NCBI RefSeq assembly: GCF_009914755.1
Contig: NC_060933.1
Strand: one strand, 5' to 3'
Length of the DNA stretch: 64,000 bases
Source of the DNA: the human T2T-CHM13v2.0 reference genome, Homo sapiens
Positions 39,600-54,650 of the stretch are shown here, one piece after another (the stretch's first letter is position 1; the number at the start of each line of letters is the position of its first letter). A program made the translations under genes and the position numbers. The notes beneath the pieces are model-generated. The model was not told where the DNA came from, did no database searches, and saw only the letters and a list, made by a program, of their open reading frames with translations.

Positions 39600-41155
39600 T
39601 TTTATCATTTGTTTGTTATTTTTCACTTAGCAGCCACCATAATAAAAACTGTCTCATGCAAAAATCATCAATGAGTGCTAAAACAAATGTGTGAAGGTTT
39701 GAGGAGAAACAGGATATTTATACAGTCTCAAAGTATTTTCACACAAGATATTAATTAAAAATAAGTTAAATAATTTTATGCTGGAGTAAGCTAGAGGAGT
39801 CCCCTCGACCAAGAAATCAAATATAACATCTCCAGTAATGGGTAGTAGTAGATATTATATGCCTGCTAATATAATAAGGCACTGGGAAGAGATAAAAGTA
39901 TCTTCTGTGGTATTCTTGTTAAAAACGCATGACCTGTATCAAATCATGAAGGAACATTAAGGAAACCCAAACTAGGGGGCATTTTATAAAACAACTGACT
40001 AGTATTCCTTCAAAAATGTCAAGGCCGTGCTAAAAAATGAAGTACTGTAGAACCGTTTCAGATTAAAGAGACATGACAGCTAAATTCAGTGTGTAATCAA
40101 GATTGGATCCTAGACTAGAAAAATATGTTCTTTTGCTCTAATGAATATTAATAGGACAATTAGTGAAACTATATGGCTAGTAGATTAGATAATAATACTG
40201 CATCAGTGCTAATTTTCTGATTGTGGCATTATAGAAAAAAAAATCCCTGCATTTAGGAAATACACACTGAAGCACATAGGAAAAAACAGACAGAGGGAAG
40301 GAAACAATGATGCAAACATTTTTAAATACCAACATTTAGGGAATCCAAGTGAAATTTACATGGGAATTTCAACTTTAGTGTTGATCTGATCTGACAGTGA
40401 CTAATCTAATTAATCAAAACTAGCACCAGTAACAGTAGGACAAGCTGATACTTTGTGCCCCTTGGTGTGTGGTAATCTGAAACATATAACATCACCTATA
40501 ATGGATTCTTGCCAAAAAAGTCTGACCTGAATGTCATGAAGTCGTTATAGTTTCCAATGTACCGGAAATAAAAGGTATAGATGAATGACTTAAGTGACAC
40601 AAAGTAGAAATAATTAGAGAAGTTCAGAATGTGGGACATTCTATAAGATGACTGATCTGAACTTGGAAAATATCAGGGGGAAAAGGAAGATAACGGAGGG
40701 AAGGGAGAAGAGGTATGGGGTATGATTATTCCACATATAAAGGGTCTATGAGAAATAACAACAAAAGGCACTAAGTGATCCTAGACTGGATCCTATTTTC
40801 AAAAATGTTTTAAAAGCACCAAAAAATATTTTTGAAACATGCGAACATTTAAATCTAACCTGGATGTTAGATGATATTATGAAATTATTGTTAATATTCT
40901 TATGACTCATAATAGTATTATAATTATGTGGGAGATTGCCCTTATCTTTAGGAGATGTCTGCTAAAGTTTTAGGAAATGAAGTGTCATGATGTATACAAT
41001 GTATTTTCAAATGGTATGGAATGTTTTACAAAGCAAGAAAGAGAGACACCGAGAGAGACAGTAAATATAACAGCATATTTACAATTGTTGAATCTAGATA
41101 AAGAGTAGATATGTGTTTATTATGCTGTAATTCAACATTGAGGGAAAATAAAATA
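39600..41155 (+). mobile_element. Old L1M (L1MD/ME-type) 3'UTR fragments
   Basis: ttctgtggtattcttg...aacccaaact...cattttataaaacaactgac; gatgatattatgaaattattgttaat. Confidence 0.7.
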
Positions 41156-41669
41156 ATAACACTTTACCTTCATAATACGTTCTTATGAGTTTTCTTTTTA
41201 GAGGTTTAAACATTTTTAAATGAACAAAGAAATGAAAAGGTAAAAGTACACCATAGTTTACTAAATTTGGTTCTAAACTCTCTCAATTTAAGAGGATTAA
41301 TAAAATTTATCTCTCAGATTGTGGTCATAGCATAGATTAGGGAGAGTTATCCAACTACAGTGATCCCCTCAGTGTCCAGCAGGGTAGAAATGGGATGAAG
41401 TAGTGGCTGCCCCAAAAGTGAACTCCCTCACAGTCCTTGGTAGTGACTGTGAGATTTTCTAATCTAAGACTGCCTCCCTGTCTGAGGTGTAAAACTGAAA
41501 TGGATGGAGATTTTCTTCTAGAATTCCTTTCTAGCTGGTGAGGTCATTCTATTTATAGATATGATTCTACCCCAGATCATTCTCAAAGCCATCCATCTGT
41601 ATTGAAAGTTCATACCCTTAACTTCCAGTGGCATTGGGTATGTGTGTGTTTTCTTATATTTTCATGAGT

Positions 41670-41935
41670 TTTTTTATGGTAATATGTGTGTGGTTTTATC
41701 ACTGGGTGACAAGGAGACAACACAACTACATGCTTTGCTGTCTGAAAACGAAGTGACAAATTCATGGTGACAAATCACTGAAAGACACTGAAGGAAGTGA
41801 CATCACTGGTAACTGATCATAATGTACACCTGTTATTTGCATAGTCATTTGTGTACTGAAGAACTAGCAGCAATGTCTGTACTTTATACAATTATTAACA
41901 CTTAATATTTCTTGGTAATTGAAATTTGAACCAGC
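41670..41935. mobile_element. Tigger13-like DNA transposon fragment
   Basis: tgtactttatacaatta...ggtaattgaaatttgaac recalled from the TcMar-Tigger consensus. Confidence 0.45.
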
Positions 41936-42144
41936 ACCGCAAACACAGTGAATATAGTAAGTACTCAATAGACACTTTATAATTAATGATCAGTCATCTA
42001 ATCATCTAAGACAGACAGCTGGAAAATAACATACCTGCAACCTCCTGAATCAATGTTACTGGACACTAAGAGAGACCAGTCAGGAAAAAGCTTGAGCAAC
42101 ACAACTCAAAACTAAATTATCTGTGGGTACTTTCACCAGGCTAA

Positions 42145-42461
<317 letters not shown>

Positions 42462-42732
42462 TTGTTTGTCTTTTTGAAGGACAGTTGTGAAGTTTCACAA
42501 CAAGACAAGGCCTTGAGTAGATAAAAAAAAAAAAAAACTCATGAACAAATGGTAGTCTACCAACAATGCACAATGCATTAGGATTAATATATCATCTATC
42601 TATCTATGAAATCTATCTACATACTTAAAAGTTATTAAGGAAAAGAGGAATTAAAGAGAGAAAGCAGACATTCACATTCTATGATTTGAATGATTTTGTG
42701 CTTAAAGTAGGGACTTTTTATACATAAATTAG

Positions 42733-43065
<333 letters not shown>

Positions 43066-46000
43066 TAAGTTCAGTTTTTTATAACCTTCCTACTCTTAGC
43101 TAAGGTTCAGCTGAATGTGACTGTCACAAGAATTACATAAGTCAATGAAGACACAAGCACATAGTAATAAAGGGAAAACTATTTTAGCTAATCTATAAAT
43201 GCTGACAGTAACAGGTGACAGGCAGGTAGTGATGACTATAAGCATTGAATATTTTATATTAGCTTAATTTTTTAAGAACTAATTTAGAGTTAAATATATG
43301 CCATCTATTTTGGTCATAATACAGTTCATAAATGTGTTTATTACAATTCTGTGTAATCTGGAGTTGGTCAAAGGCACCAATGTGGTTGAATCCATTTACA
43401 GTTCCTAAAATACATTCAGTCATGGGTTAGTATTCATTACTTTCGCAGAAGAATAATTTAGGAAGATTATCGATTGTATCTCAAGTGACTATATGAACAA
43501 AATGTCTTTAATATTTCATTAATAACTGTGAAACTGTATAAATTAATCTAGGTAGAGCTTATGGCATAGGAGCCTCCTAGGCATGCTTCACATTCTTGGT
43601 GCTAGAATTGCCAATGTGCCTCAGCTTCCTCCAAAGCAAATCAACATAAATCCACGTGCTTTCTTACTACAACGCAGTGATTGAGGAGGAAAATTATTTG
43701 ACTTGACCAATTCTGTTATTCATCAAAAGGGAGGAGTAGAGTTATCCAGTAACATTTCTTTCAAAATACATCAGTCTGCTGGGTTTGTAACCATCAAGAG
43801 CACTAAAGAGAAACACCCTTTGTTTAAAAGATCTCAGGAAGTCCTTGTAAATAATACAGAGGTCTCAACTCAGACATGATTTCTTGACCAGTTCTTTCAC
43901 TAGTCTTCCTTCTGATGTCAATTATAAAAGCCATGGACTTTAAGCTAAGAGATGTAGGACTTAGACCTCAACCTGTCCCTTACCAACTATGTGACCTTAA
44001 CAAATTAGACTTCTACGAGTCTTAGTTTTTTCCCCATACAATAGGACAGCACTTCGTCTTCCTCAGAGCTTCATGATGAGGAACAAATAGATCACTGTAA
44101 GATCTAAGTAGTAGGATTGTACATGAATGTAAACCACAGAAGGAGTCTTCCTCACTATATGAACCATTGTGAGAAATTAATAAAAATGCAGTCCGTGCTT
44201 TTGAGGATTCATAAAAAATTAACAAAATTTGAAATTGGTGACATACGAGTTAATGAATTACTGCCTGAACTAATCAGCTCTCAGAAACATAACCCATTTC
44301 CTGACCTTTGAAATATTTCATTTGAGACCCAAAAATCCACCAGGCTGAGTGGTAGATTTTTCCCCCAAAGAAAACATAGAGTAAACATCAACATGAAAAA
44401 TTGTTTAATCCCATACAAAAGGTACATTATATGGCTGATATAACCAACTGTATCTGTTGCCACTAGAAGCTAACTTCCTCAATGATTCTGGGAGTGTAGG
44501 ATGGTTACGAAGCCAATTTCAACTGTCTTGCCTACTCAGCATTGGCTGTTTCACTTGTCTCCCATGTATGTGCTTCTCCTTTAGGGAAAACTGCCCTTAC
44601 TGCAAAGGTATCTCTGTAATTGTACAGTGCACATCAAAGATGTATAGGCAAAAGGGAGGAAGCTGGATTTAGTTTTCACACCTGAAAAAGGTCCAGACAA
44701 ATTTCATAGATCATTCTTTTAAGACTAGTTAAAAATTGCCAACTGTCAGAGCGTTAGTGAACATCTGAAAGACAAGTATCCACTTCTAAGTCTTCTCTGT
44801 GAGTACAGCCCATGGCCAACTGGCAGAATTAGAAAATTTACACAAGTTGTCCATATGCCTAAGCTCCCAACTCATTGTCCCTTGATGCACAGTTGTCATC
44901 GTTGGCTAACTAGCACCTAGATGCCCTTCATATATAGAGGTGGGAAGTCAGGAGAGAATCATCACTGGGTGAGTCCCCAGGAAACATCGGAAACTTGCTT
45001 CTGCTACTGTAGAATTAGCAGCTCTTCCCATCTGCCATCCCTGTATGCCAGGACATCTGCATGTGGTGTAGGCCTGGACTATTCAATCAGAGGATGCACC
45101 TCTATGGAACATTGACTTTCAGGGGAGAGTTGAAAGCGTGACCCCCCCGAAGCATGTAAGCATGGGAAATTATTCACAAACGTAGTAAGAGTATTGATAA
45201 TCCAGAGACACAGACTGAAGGTGTCAGTTCAGTGGTGCCAGTAGCAGAGGCCTAAGGACACTGTTCCTATAGCTGTTCCCCATTGCTAATCCTCCAGGGC
45301 TCCTGTCCATCCTCTGAGCTTGACTCTCTGGCCTTTCAGTGATTCTGTATGCTACTCTATTATGTAGGAGATTGTGCAGTCTTTCAGTAACTTCTTACCC
45401 CACTGAAGTAGCCAAAGACAGCCTCTTTATGTAACCAAAAAGCCCAACTGAGACAAACCTAATAAAAATAGTTTAATAAAATTTAGTCAAACCCTGACCT
45501 GACCCCATCTCATCTTCCCCAAACCTACATTACCTTCCTGCATCTAATATTTATGATAATCCTCCCATGTGCCAGGCTTTCTATTAGGGAATTAGGTGGG
45601 AGGGGCTGCAGATATAAATAAGGCATGTTTGTTGCCTGGGAGAAAAGCAATATGGTGAGACTGGTAATGAACTAAAATTCCATTCTGATTCCTACTTCCT
45701 CCTGGATCCCTGTCCTCTTTTTTTCCTCTGGACCTCCAGTTTCTAAAATCGGCAGCTTTCTCTTAAAACATATTGCTTTTTATTCTATTTTATATGTATT
45801 TCTTGTCAGCCCCACAAGATTGTAAGCATATTAGGTACATCATCCCTACAGGTTTTATGTTTAAATTGCCATGGCACTCAGCCCCATGTCTGAAATGCAG
45901 GAGGTTCTCCTCACAGAAGTAGTTACTGCCAGTTGCCCTAAACATCCTTTGAATCCTAGCGGTGAAGCTTCTCTGCACTAGCCCACCACTTAAAAAGAAT

Positions 46001-46385
46001 ATCATATTCCCAGCAATTCAATTATGTGAGCACCATAAATGTCTTTGTGTTAGGTTCTCACTTTAGCATAGCTGATGAAAAGTCTCTGTAATCTGACAAT
46101 CATTCACCCCATAAACACATCATGCTGCCACCTACTCAGTGCAGACCCTGGACTAGGAAATGGAAACAGAAAGACACATCAGAGTGCTTCCACTCAAGGA
46201 GTTCACAGTTACATAGAAATCAAAATATTCAAAATGTTCCCTGCTCCCAACTTGAAAAGCAGAAAGGTAATGGAGTTTATTCCAACTGTCAATGCAGAGA
46301 CAGAATGGGAAAGCTGAAAATGGGAAAGAACAGTCATAGGATACTAAGATGACAAGATGAAACCAACAACTTTTGAAGGGAGTCA

Positions 46386-46762
<377 letters not shown>

Positions 46763-46869
46763 TAAGAAATACAACTAAAAGCCTGGGACAAGTTCATGAT
46801 CAGAGCTGGCAGGACTGGCTAGGACTAGGGCAAGGAAATGAGGATGTATAGGCTAATAATAAATTCCAT

Positions 46870-47539
46870 CGTAAACTAAAAATAAAATCCTAAGCCTCCC
46901 CAGCCTGCTTTTGGCCAAGGAGACCTGAGAGAAACCTAAAAAACTGAGTTATTGGCCATGACAAGAAGGGAAGTAGGACACGCCTTATTATACCTCCTTC
47001 CTTTTGGAGTAGGCACAACTGACCAGCATTACTATTAAAATAGAGATAGTAAGACTAACAAAAGTAGACTCTTCGTGAAAATAAGATGTCAAATTATAAA
47101 TAGGACCTATGGCCATGCCAAACCCTTGTTAAGTCATACACACCTACAGGTCACTCTGACCCAATGAATTGGTTAACAGACTTCCTTATCTTAACTTAAA
47201 ATATGCGTTTCTGCTGACTCCAAATTTTTAGACAAACTTTTCCTCCTTTAACTAATTGTAAATCAAAGGATCTCTGACTCCACCCGTAACCTGTAAGTCC
47301 CTGCTTCAAGATATCCCACCTTTTCTGGCGAAATCAATGTATACCTTCCTTGTATTGATTTATGACTTTGCCTGTAACTCCTGCCTCCCTAAAATGTATA
47401 AATCCAAACTGTAATCCAACTGCCTCAGGCATACTTTCTCAGGACCCCTCGAGATTGTGTTCTCTGGGGCCATGGTCATTCATTGGGTCAGAATAAACCT
47501 CTTTAAAATATTTTACAGAGTTTGGTTTATCTGTTAACA
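46870..47539 (+). mobile_element. MER4-family (ERV1) solo LTR
   Basis: (c)gtaaactaaaaataaaatcctaag...cagaataaacctctttaaaatattttacagagtttgg...ttaaca; perfect TSD CCAT at 46866-46869 and 47540-47543. Confidence 0.85.
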
Positions 47540-47964
47540 CCATGGACAGCATATTGGGCTTGTATAGCAGAATGGGTGGGTCAAGGTCAAGAGTGCATCA
47601 GCTGACATCAAGTAGGGTGGTCAAAGCAAGCACAAGATATTCTAGGAGAACCATGGAAGAAACTGAACTTCAAAACTGGTATTTCCATTAAGAATTTATC
47701 AGGTAGATAAAAGATGAACAGGCATCAGCAGAAGAAGAAACATACAGAATAAAGCAATGAAATACAAAAAGCACATCATTTATCATGGGCCTAGGGAAAA
47801 GCGACTCTTGGCTGAAGTACACAGGCAAGAAATTCCCAAGAAGAATGCTAGAGAAGCAGTATGGTGTTAGACTGAGATGGGCCTTGGAAGACATGCTAAT
47901 GAATTTGAACTTCATCCTGGCGTCAACAAAAAGTCTCTCTAGGCATTTAAGTAGAAAGATGCTG

Positions 47965-48135
47965 CGTTACAGGTTGGGTTCCCTGGGAAGCCTGCTCAGA
48001 GACAGAGATCTGCATGTAGGAAGATTACTGGGGAGTTCCAGAAGGCTCTGTGACTTTAGGGAAGTGAAGGAAGCAGGACTGGGCAGAGGAAGAAGCGGTA
48101 AGTACCTCACAACAAAGGCCTCAGCTGGTTCCAGC
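47965..48135 (-). mobile_element. Ancient ERVL LTR fragment (LTR16/LTR33-like)
   Basis: ggttgggttccctgggaagc...gagacagagatctgcatgtaggaag. Confidence 0.45.
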
Positions 48136-48849
48136 TGTCGCTATGAGCAAGCAACATTGTTCAAGCAACAAGCCAGTCATTGTTGGAAGCCCCAAGGTTG
48201 AAGGTGACCTGTGCTCACTCTGTTCATCCCTATCAACAATGCAGCACAGCAAGCTGAGTTCCTTATATGTGCCAGGGACTCTGCTAAGGCATGTTCCTCT
48301 GCATATTATAACCTCATTTAATCTTCCCCAAATCCTGTACATGATGTCCACTTAACAAGCCATAGTGTCAAGGACGTGAGAAGTAAATTCAGGTAAGATC
48401 AGTGAGTAAGAATAATACTGTGAACGCCATATAACAAACGGATTAAAAAAGAGCACTCAACAAAAATATGTGTGTGGGATAATTTTTTAAAGAATTATTT
48501 GGAATCTTGGGGCAGTAGAAAGGGGGTGGGAGGTTTTGAGTTTTCTTTGTGAGTTTTTTTGGTTTTCCCTTTGTGCACATAAGATGAGGAAAACAAAGAA
48601 AATTCCTTTGCAAATAAACATTGCAAACTGTCAGCTGGCTTTTCCTTAAACAAAACAACAGCACCAAAAAAAATTGTTTTAATGACAACAAGAACTAAAG
48701 CACTATTCTAGAAAAGTCTTGAAGCCATAGTCTAAGAGAGAAAAAAAATGATACATGAAATTGCTAAATATCATTTTACTTAGATTTTTGCCCACAGGTA
48801 CATGTATATGTGGGTGATATGCATTATGTCTTGCCACAGAAGTTAATGG

Positions 48850-49110
48850 TTATAACAACAATGACTAACATTTACTGAGCACTTGTTTTGTGCCATTTAC
48901 CTGCTGGGATCTTTATATACATCTCCTCATTTGTTGCTCACAGCATCTCTGAAGGATATGTGTTTGTTTTTATCACCATTTTATAAATGAGAAGACCAAG
49001 TCTCAGGGAGGTTGGAAATCTTACCCAAAGCCTTTCAACCTGCAGCAAATAAGTGGCTAAGGTGATACCTTTCTGACTAGAGAGTCCACTCACTCAACCA
49101 CTCTGTCACC
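48850..49110 (-). mobile_element. MIR
   Basis: taacatttactgagcact...cattttataaatgagaagaccaagtctcagggagg. Confidence 0.7.
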
Positions 49111-50469
49111 ATTCCTAAGGAATTTACATTGACAAAGCACCTGTCCAGTCTTCAATTCATGTTCCCCTCACAACTAGGCCTGTAGTTGTGCACTTTGTAG
49201 ACAAGGCCCAAAGAACTTGAACACTTTGTCCTGATCACGTAGCAGGTAAATGAGGAAAGCAAGGCTTGAACTCCTGATAATAAACGCTGGACTTTTGCTA
49301 CATAAACCACATTGATTATCTACTTAAGAAAGACAAAACAAAACACAAATTTGTCAGTCAGATGATTTAATGATACAGATATCAAAGGTGATTGACAATT
49401 GGCACAGGCAGATGATAGAAATGTTTAGCTGAGTCATTCTTGAGAGATATCAGTAATATAGATTCAGAAGCAACCCTGGGAAAAACAACTTCTGGCTGAC
49501 AGAAGTGCAGATCAGTACCAAGTTTTTGGAATGCTATTTAGCAATATATGTCAAGAGTTTTAAGTGTGCAGATTCTTTGGCACAATCATTTTATTTATGC
49601 TTACTATGGCATCTGGCTACCAGCCCCAACTGGAGCTGCTACCATTAAAATGCATGTGAAGTCAGAGAAAAAGAGGAAAACTTCCAAGCTTACTGAAAAT
49701 TAAGCTTGACAGGGACAACCAGAAAACCTGAAAACCCCACTCTGCAGTATGAGAAGTAACTAAAATGCTGGTTTATACCTATTTGAAGACTGAAAGTCCA
49801 AGCAAGCTCATATAGGGACATGAGGGTAGGGTAGAGGCATGGTGAATGCTGGGAGGTGAAGCACACACCTGAACACAGTGGGTGCTGTAACAGGATCAGG
49901 AAGAAGAGGAGCCAGAGAGCAATGCATGCTGGGCTCTAAAATGTCATGGCTCCCATGAGTTCCAAATGTCAAATGACCAGGTGGTAATGGAGAACATTCT
50001 ACTTCAATCCCACAGAATCATGCCAGCTAAAAGGACAAATCCTTGTGGAGCTTTCTTAATGAGGAAAATTAAAAGGGAAAGTCAGCCTAGAGCTGCTGAA
50101 AAAGTTTACAGAACAACCCCGCCAAATATTATCATAGCAGCTCAGAGAATAGGTTACTTCCTTAAAATGATTTATGATAGGAATCAGAAAACAATTCTAG
50201 AAAGCTATTTGGTATCTTCTGTAGGATGAAGAAGCAAGACATGGTTGCTCTGAAATGGGGTGGGGATTAAGGGACAGGAGGGTAAGACCACAAGGAAAGT
50301 AACAGGATGAGATGAAAAGAGAGAGAATGAAATGAAAGAAAAGAATGAGCTGAAAAAATGAAATGACAGAATTTTCAAAAAATACACAAGGAAAAGAGGA
50401 CTTAGCTACACACAAACACACAGACAGAATCAGTCTTGTGGAGAAAAACTTTAGAAAAGTAAAATTACA

Positions 50470-50855
50470 AAGAAAAAATACTGCATTATCTCATTTGTAT
50501 GTGGAATCTAAAAAAGTTGAACTCACAGAAGAAGTGAATAAACTGGTGGGTACCCAGGAACAGGCAGTGAAGGTAAGAGTTGAACAGAGAAATGTTGGTC
50601 AAAGGGTTCGAAGTTTCAGTTATGTGGAATTAATAAGTTTTAGAGATCTAATGTACAACATGGTGACTAAAGTTAATAATACTGTATTGAAATGTGCTGA
50701 GTGGATCTTAAATGTTCTCACCACAAAACAAGTAACTTACATGATAAGATAGCTTGATTGTAGTAATCGTTTTACTATGTATATGTCTATTAAAACATCA
50801 CAGTGTACACTTTAAATATCAGCAATTTTTATTTTAAGTTTAAATTTAAAAAATC
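50470..50855 (+). mobile_element. L1MA-type 3' end nested in older L1M remnants (~49600-51700)
   Basis: atgtggaatctaaaaaagttgaactc...gatctaatgtacaacatggtgact...aaatgttctcaccac. Confidence 0.8.
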
Positions 50856-53334
50856 AAATCAAATGGAAAAGTAAAAAAGAGAATGGTAAGAGATTAGGCA
50901 ATAAATATGAAGAAGAAATGATCCGACCTAAGCATTTTAGGTTTTCTCAAAGAGGACACCAAACCAAGGTAGAGAAAAACAATTAAAACATACACACTCG
51001 CTCTCACACTCTCACATACTCACACACATACTATTCAGAGTAGAAGCCAGCCCAGTTGCATCATTCATATCAGGCAAAAGTAAAATTAAGACACTTATTT
51101 CTAGACACACCCTGACAGCTATTTTTAAATTTTAAGTATCAAGAAATTAATCAATCAAACATTCAAGGTAAAATTAGTAGGTTAACAACAAAAATAATGA
51201 GATAGATAAGTAGATAAAAAAGCTTATCTCAGACTTCGACACATCATTAAATTATAGAAAACAGTAATATCTACAGAGTACCAAAGAGGGCAATAGAGAC
51301 CAAGAATTTTTACACCAAGTCAAAATGTCATTCATTTGTGAATACAAGAGAAAGTTATTCTCAGATTTGAAAATTCTCAGGAAAAAATCTTTTTTAAGAT
51401 TTTTTTGAAGATATACACCAGCCAAGAGAAAAAGGTAAGAACTCAAGAATGAATAAATCAAGTTATATAAAAAACACTGCTAACTGCTGAAAAGTAAACA
51501 TAGAACTAAGCTAAGAGCTGTAAATATGGCACCAAAACAAAGTGACTGTAAAAAAAAAAATGTATTAAAAGATAACAAACGCAAGGCAAAACTGTTAATA
51601 CCTTTAATCTGGTAACCAAGTCTATGATTATAATAATAAAGTTTACTTATGAAGAGAAAGGGAAATTAGTAAGGAAGTAAAGGATGGTAAATGCTTCATG
51701 TAAAATGTTTGACTCCCAGGGATTCAAGGTAGAGGAGGGGAGAGTCTTAAAGATACCTGACCCCAAGGCTGTCATTTTACAGATAAGGACACGAAGCTCC
51801 AGAAAAGAGAAGTACTGGCTCAAGGTTGTAAACGTATTTCAGGAATTGTGAAAATACAGTGCTTCTTTAATTTTCTACCTTCTAGTGCCAAAAGTTCTAT
51901 TGACAGAATTTTTTAGAAGAAAAGAATAAGAGACATGCTTTTACTGATCTCTATGAAATCACTGAAGAAGTGTTAATAAGATGAGAAGTAGTGACGTCAA
52001 AACTAACAAATGCAACAGGAAACGTTTTTCATAATTTATTTTAACTTACAAAGTGATCACAAGTATGACCAGGTCTTTTTCCTTTATCCTTTCCTCCATG
52101 TGTTACCAAAAATAAAAAAGCTTTTGCTTTCCCCATAATACACAATTTCTTTTGGGAATTGTACAAAAATACCTGTAAGTTAAAATTTATTAATTAGCAC
52201 AGAGCCCGCATATATATCTGTATATTTTCATTAATTTAGCATCCAGTACCAAAAAAATAATTCATAAATCACCTTTGGTTTTTAGAATCTTTTAAGAGTT
52301 AAAAGAAGATAAACTGGTTTCTTGATTCTATGCCACACCTTAGTAGCGTATAAAAAGACATGCATCTCCACTTAATGAAACAGATTCCAAGCGTAATTGT
52401 TGCTTATATTATTTTTGCATTATTTGATGATCAAAATTAACTTGAGACACTTTCATTAGCAATTAATATGCAAATCAGCCCACATTTTGGTACCCATCAA
52501 ATGGCCCAAAACTACTTAAGATATTTCATGCCTCTAAGTTTCTCATTTTCTCTAATTCTTTGCTGGCTCTCCATTTTTAACCTCACTGGGATTTTAAAAG
52601 ATGTCAAATACTGTAGTATGTTTTTAATTTATTTATACTTAAATCATAAAAATGCTCTTTTGTAAGAGTCATTTGATGTCCAAGTCTCCTTATGGGGGCC
52701 TTTTCATTAGCCTTGACTCTGCCTCGGAAAAAAACAGGAAGTCACAATTTGCCACAATTAAAAAGACTGAGCTGGACAACAAGGTTTGAATTCAGTTCCA
52801 CACTGGTCTCAGAACACTGTTGTCTCTCTCCAAGTAGACTTCTTGTTTTTAAAGAAGTTTTGAACATAGCAGGCTCCTTTAAATTTAAACCTTACAAATG
52901 GAAGGCAGAGTTTATATTAAGTGCACTTGTGTTACAGTTTACCTTCCCATCACATAGGGGAAAAAATATGATTCCTTAAAGCTGAAGCATATAGAGAAGC
53001 AAAGTATTTTAACTTTGCTACCAACGTACATTGATTTCTTTTGAGCTTAATCAAAGTGATTCACTGCCAAAATAAAATTCTAGCAATATGTTGTCAAGAA
53101 AATAAAATTAGAAGGAAGTTTCTCAATTTTTAGTCTTTTTCCTCCATGGATTTAAATTAGATCTTTGACTTATTATTAATTGTTGGTGGTAAGCTAAGAC
53201 AATCGCAGCTGATAAAGAAAAAATGGTGTCTTCTCTCAGTATAGATGAAATATATCAGTCTTTCATAAGACTTTGATCCAAATATTTTAATCTCCAGGTG
53301 CTCTGCTTCCTAAACAAGTCTGTGACTTCCTAAA

Positions 53335-53985
53335 TTATCAATCAGGATCCATCCAGGAGACAGAAGCCACACAAATTGTTTGAACAGAGATTATACAAAG
53401 AATTGTTAAGAAAGGCTAATACTGTTAACTAGGATACTGAAAGTATAAGAAGGGATGCTAAGGTGTCAAAGGGGAAGCAACTGCAGGAAGCAACTGTCAC
53501 TCTTCAGGCTGAGAGAACAAAAGAATATGTTTGGAAATACCAAAATTTAGGAGTTTAGAGGGGGATTCCTTTCGAATGAAACTCATATTTCTGCATAGGA
53601 TTCCCTGTGGTCAGTGCTGGTGTCTCTGATCTCTGCAGATGAGCTGGGAGGGGCCAGACCCAGACTCTGAGGAGGGGTCATCAGCTGACTAGTGCTGATA
53701 TGTCTGAGGTGGACACCATGCAGCTGGGTCTGCCAGTGTTGGAAAATTCTGACTCGCATTCAGCTACTGCTACAGGAAGAGCTGCTGCTGCCCAGATGAA
53801 GCACCAAGGCTGGGGTGACTCGCAGGAGTAGGAAGCAGACAGGAAGGAGCACATCCCTCCCCACAAGCGCCCCCTATGGATAGAATCTCTTATGAAGCCT
53901 GCTGGCAAAGCAGAAATGAGGTTTGCAGGCTCCCAGCCCTAGCTCCACGAAGTGGAATGTAGAAGGGTGGGTTTGGAGATGAGAG
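53335..53985. mobile_element. Ancient LTR (LTR78-like)
   Basis: caggagacagaagccacac...tttgaacagaga...aagaattgtta recalled pattern. Confidence 0.45.
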
Positions 53986-54089
53986 ATAGTCTTCTGAGAT
54001 ATAAAGGAATTTAGAAGGATGCTTGACCTGCCTGAGAGTTAAAAGGCTTAGAAGACTGATTGCTGCAACTGGATTCAATACCTAGCCAT

Positions 54090-54650
54090 AATATCAATAC
54101 TTACCAAATGCTTCTTAGGTGCCACATATGGCTCTAAGTGTCCTATATGTGTTATTTCTTTACAATAACCTTTAAGTCTTTGTAATAATCCAGTGAGGTG
54201 TGCACTACTATTAGCACACTTCTACATGTGAGGAAACTGAAGAACGGAACGGTTGAGTAACTTGGCCAAGGTTGCTCAGCAAATAAGAGACAAATCAGAA
54301 TTTACACCCAGGCAGTCCGGCTCAGAAATCTAGGGTCTTCACCATGACACAATGCCACCATTCCAATATCTGCCTTCATGTATTAAGCTGCCTTACTAAA
54401 ATAATAATAGCTAATCTTTATTAAATACCTATGGCTGAGCCCTGTTCTAGGAGTATGTATGTTATGAGAACTAATTCTCGTAACAATTCTATGAAGTAAG
54501 TACTATTATTTCCCTTGTTTTACAAATGAGTAAACTTAGACACAGAGAATATAAGTAAGTATCTCAAAGTCTCAGGCCAAGTAAGAGGTTAGGCTGTGAT
54601 TGAATCCAGTCTGTCTGGCCAGAGAGCCATGATTTTCAACCATCATACTA
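54090..54650 (-). mobile_element. Two tandem MIRs
   Basis: gaggaaactgaagaac...taacttggccaagg; tttacaaatgagtaaacttagacacagag. Confidence 0.75.
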
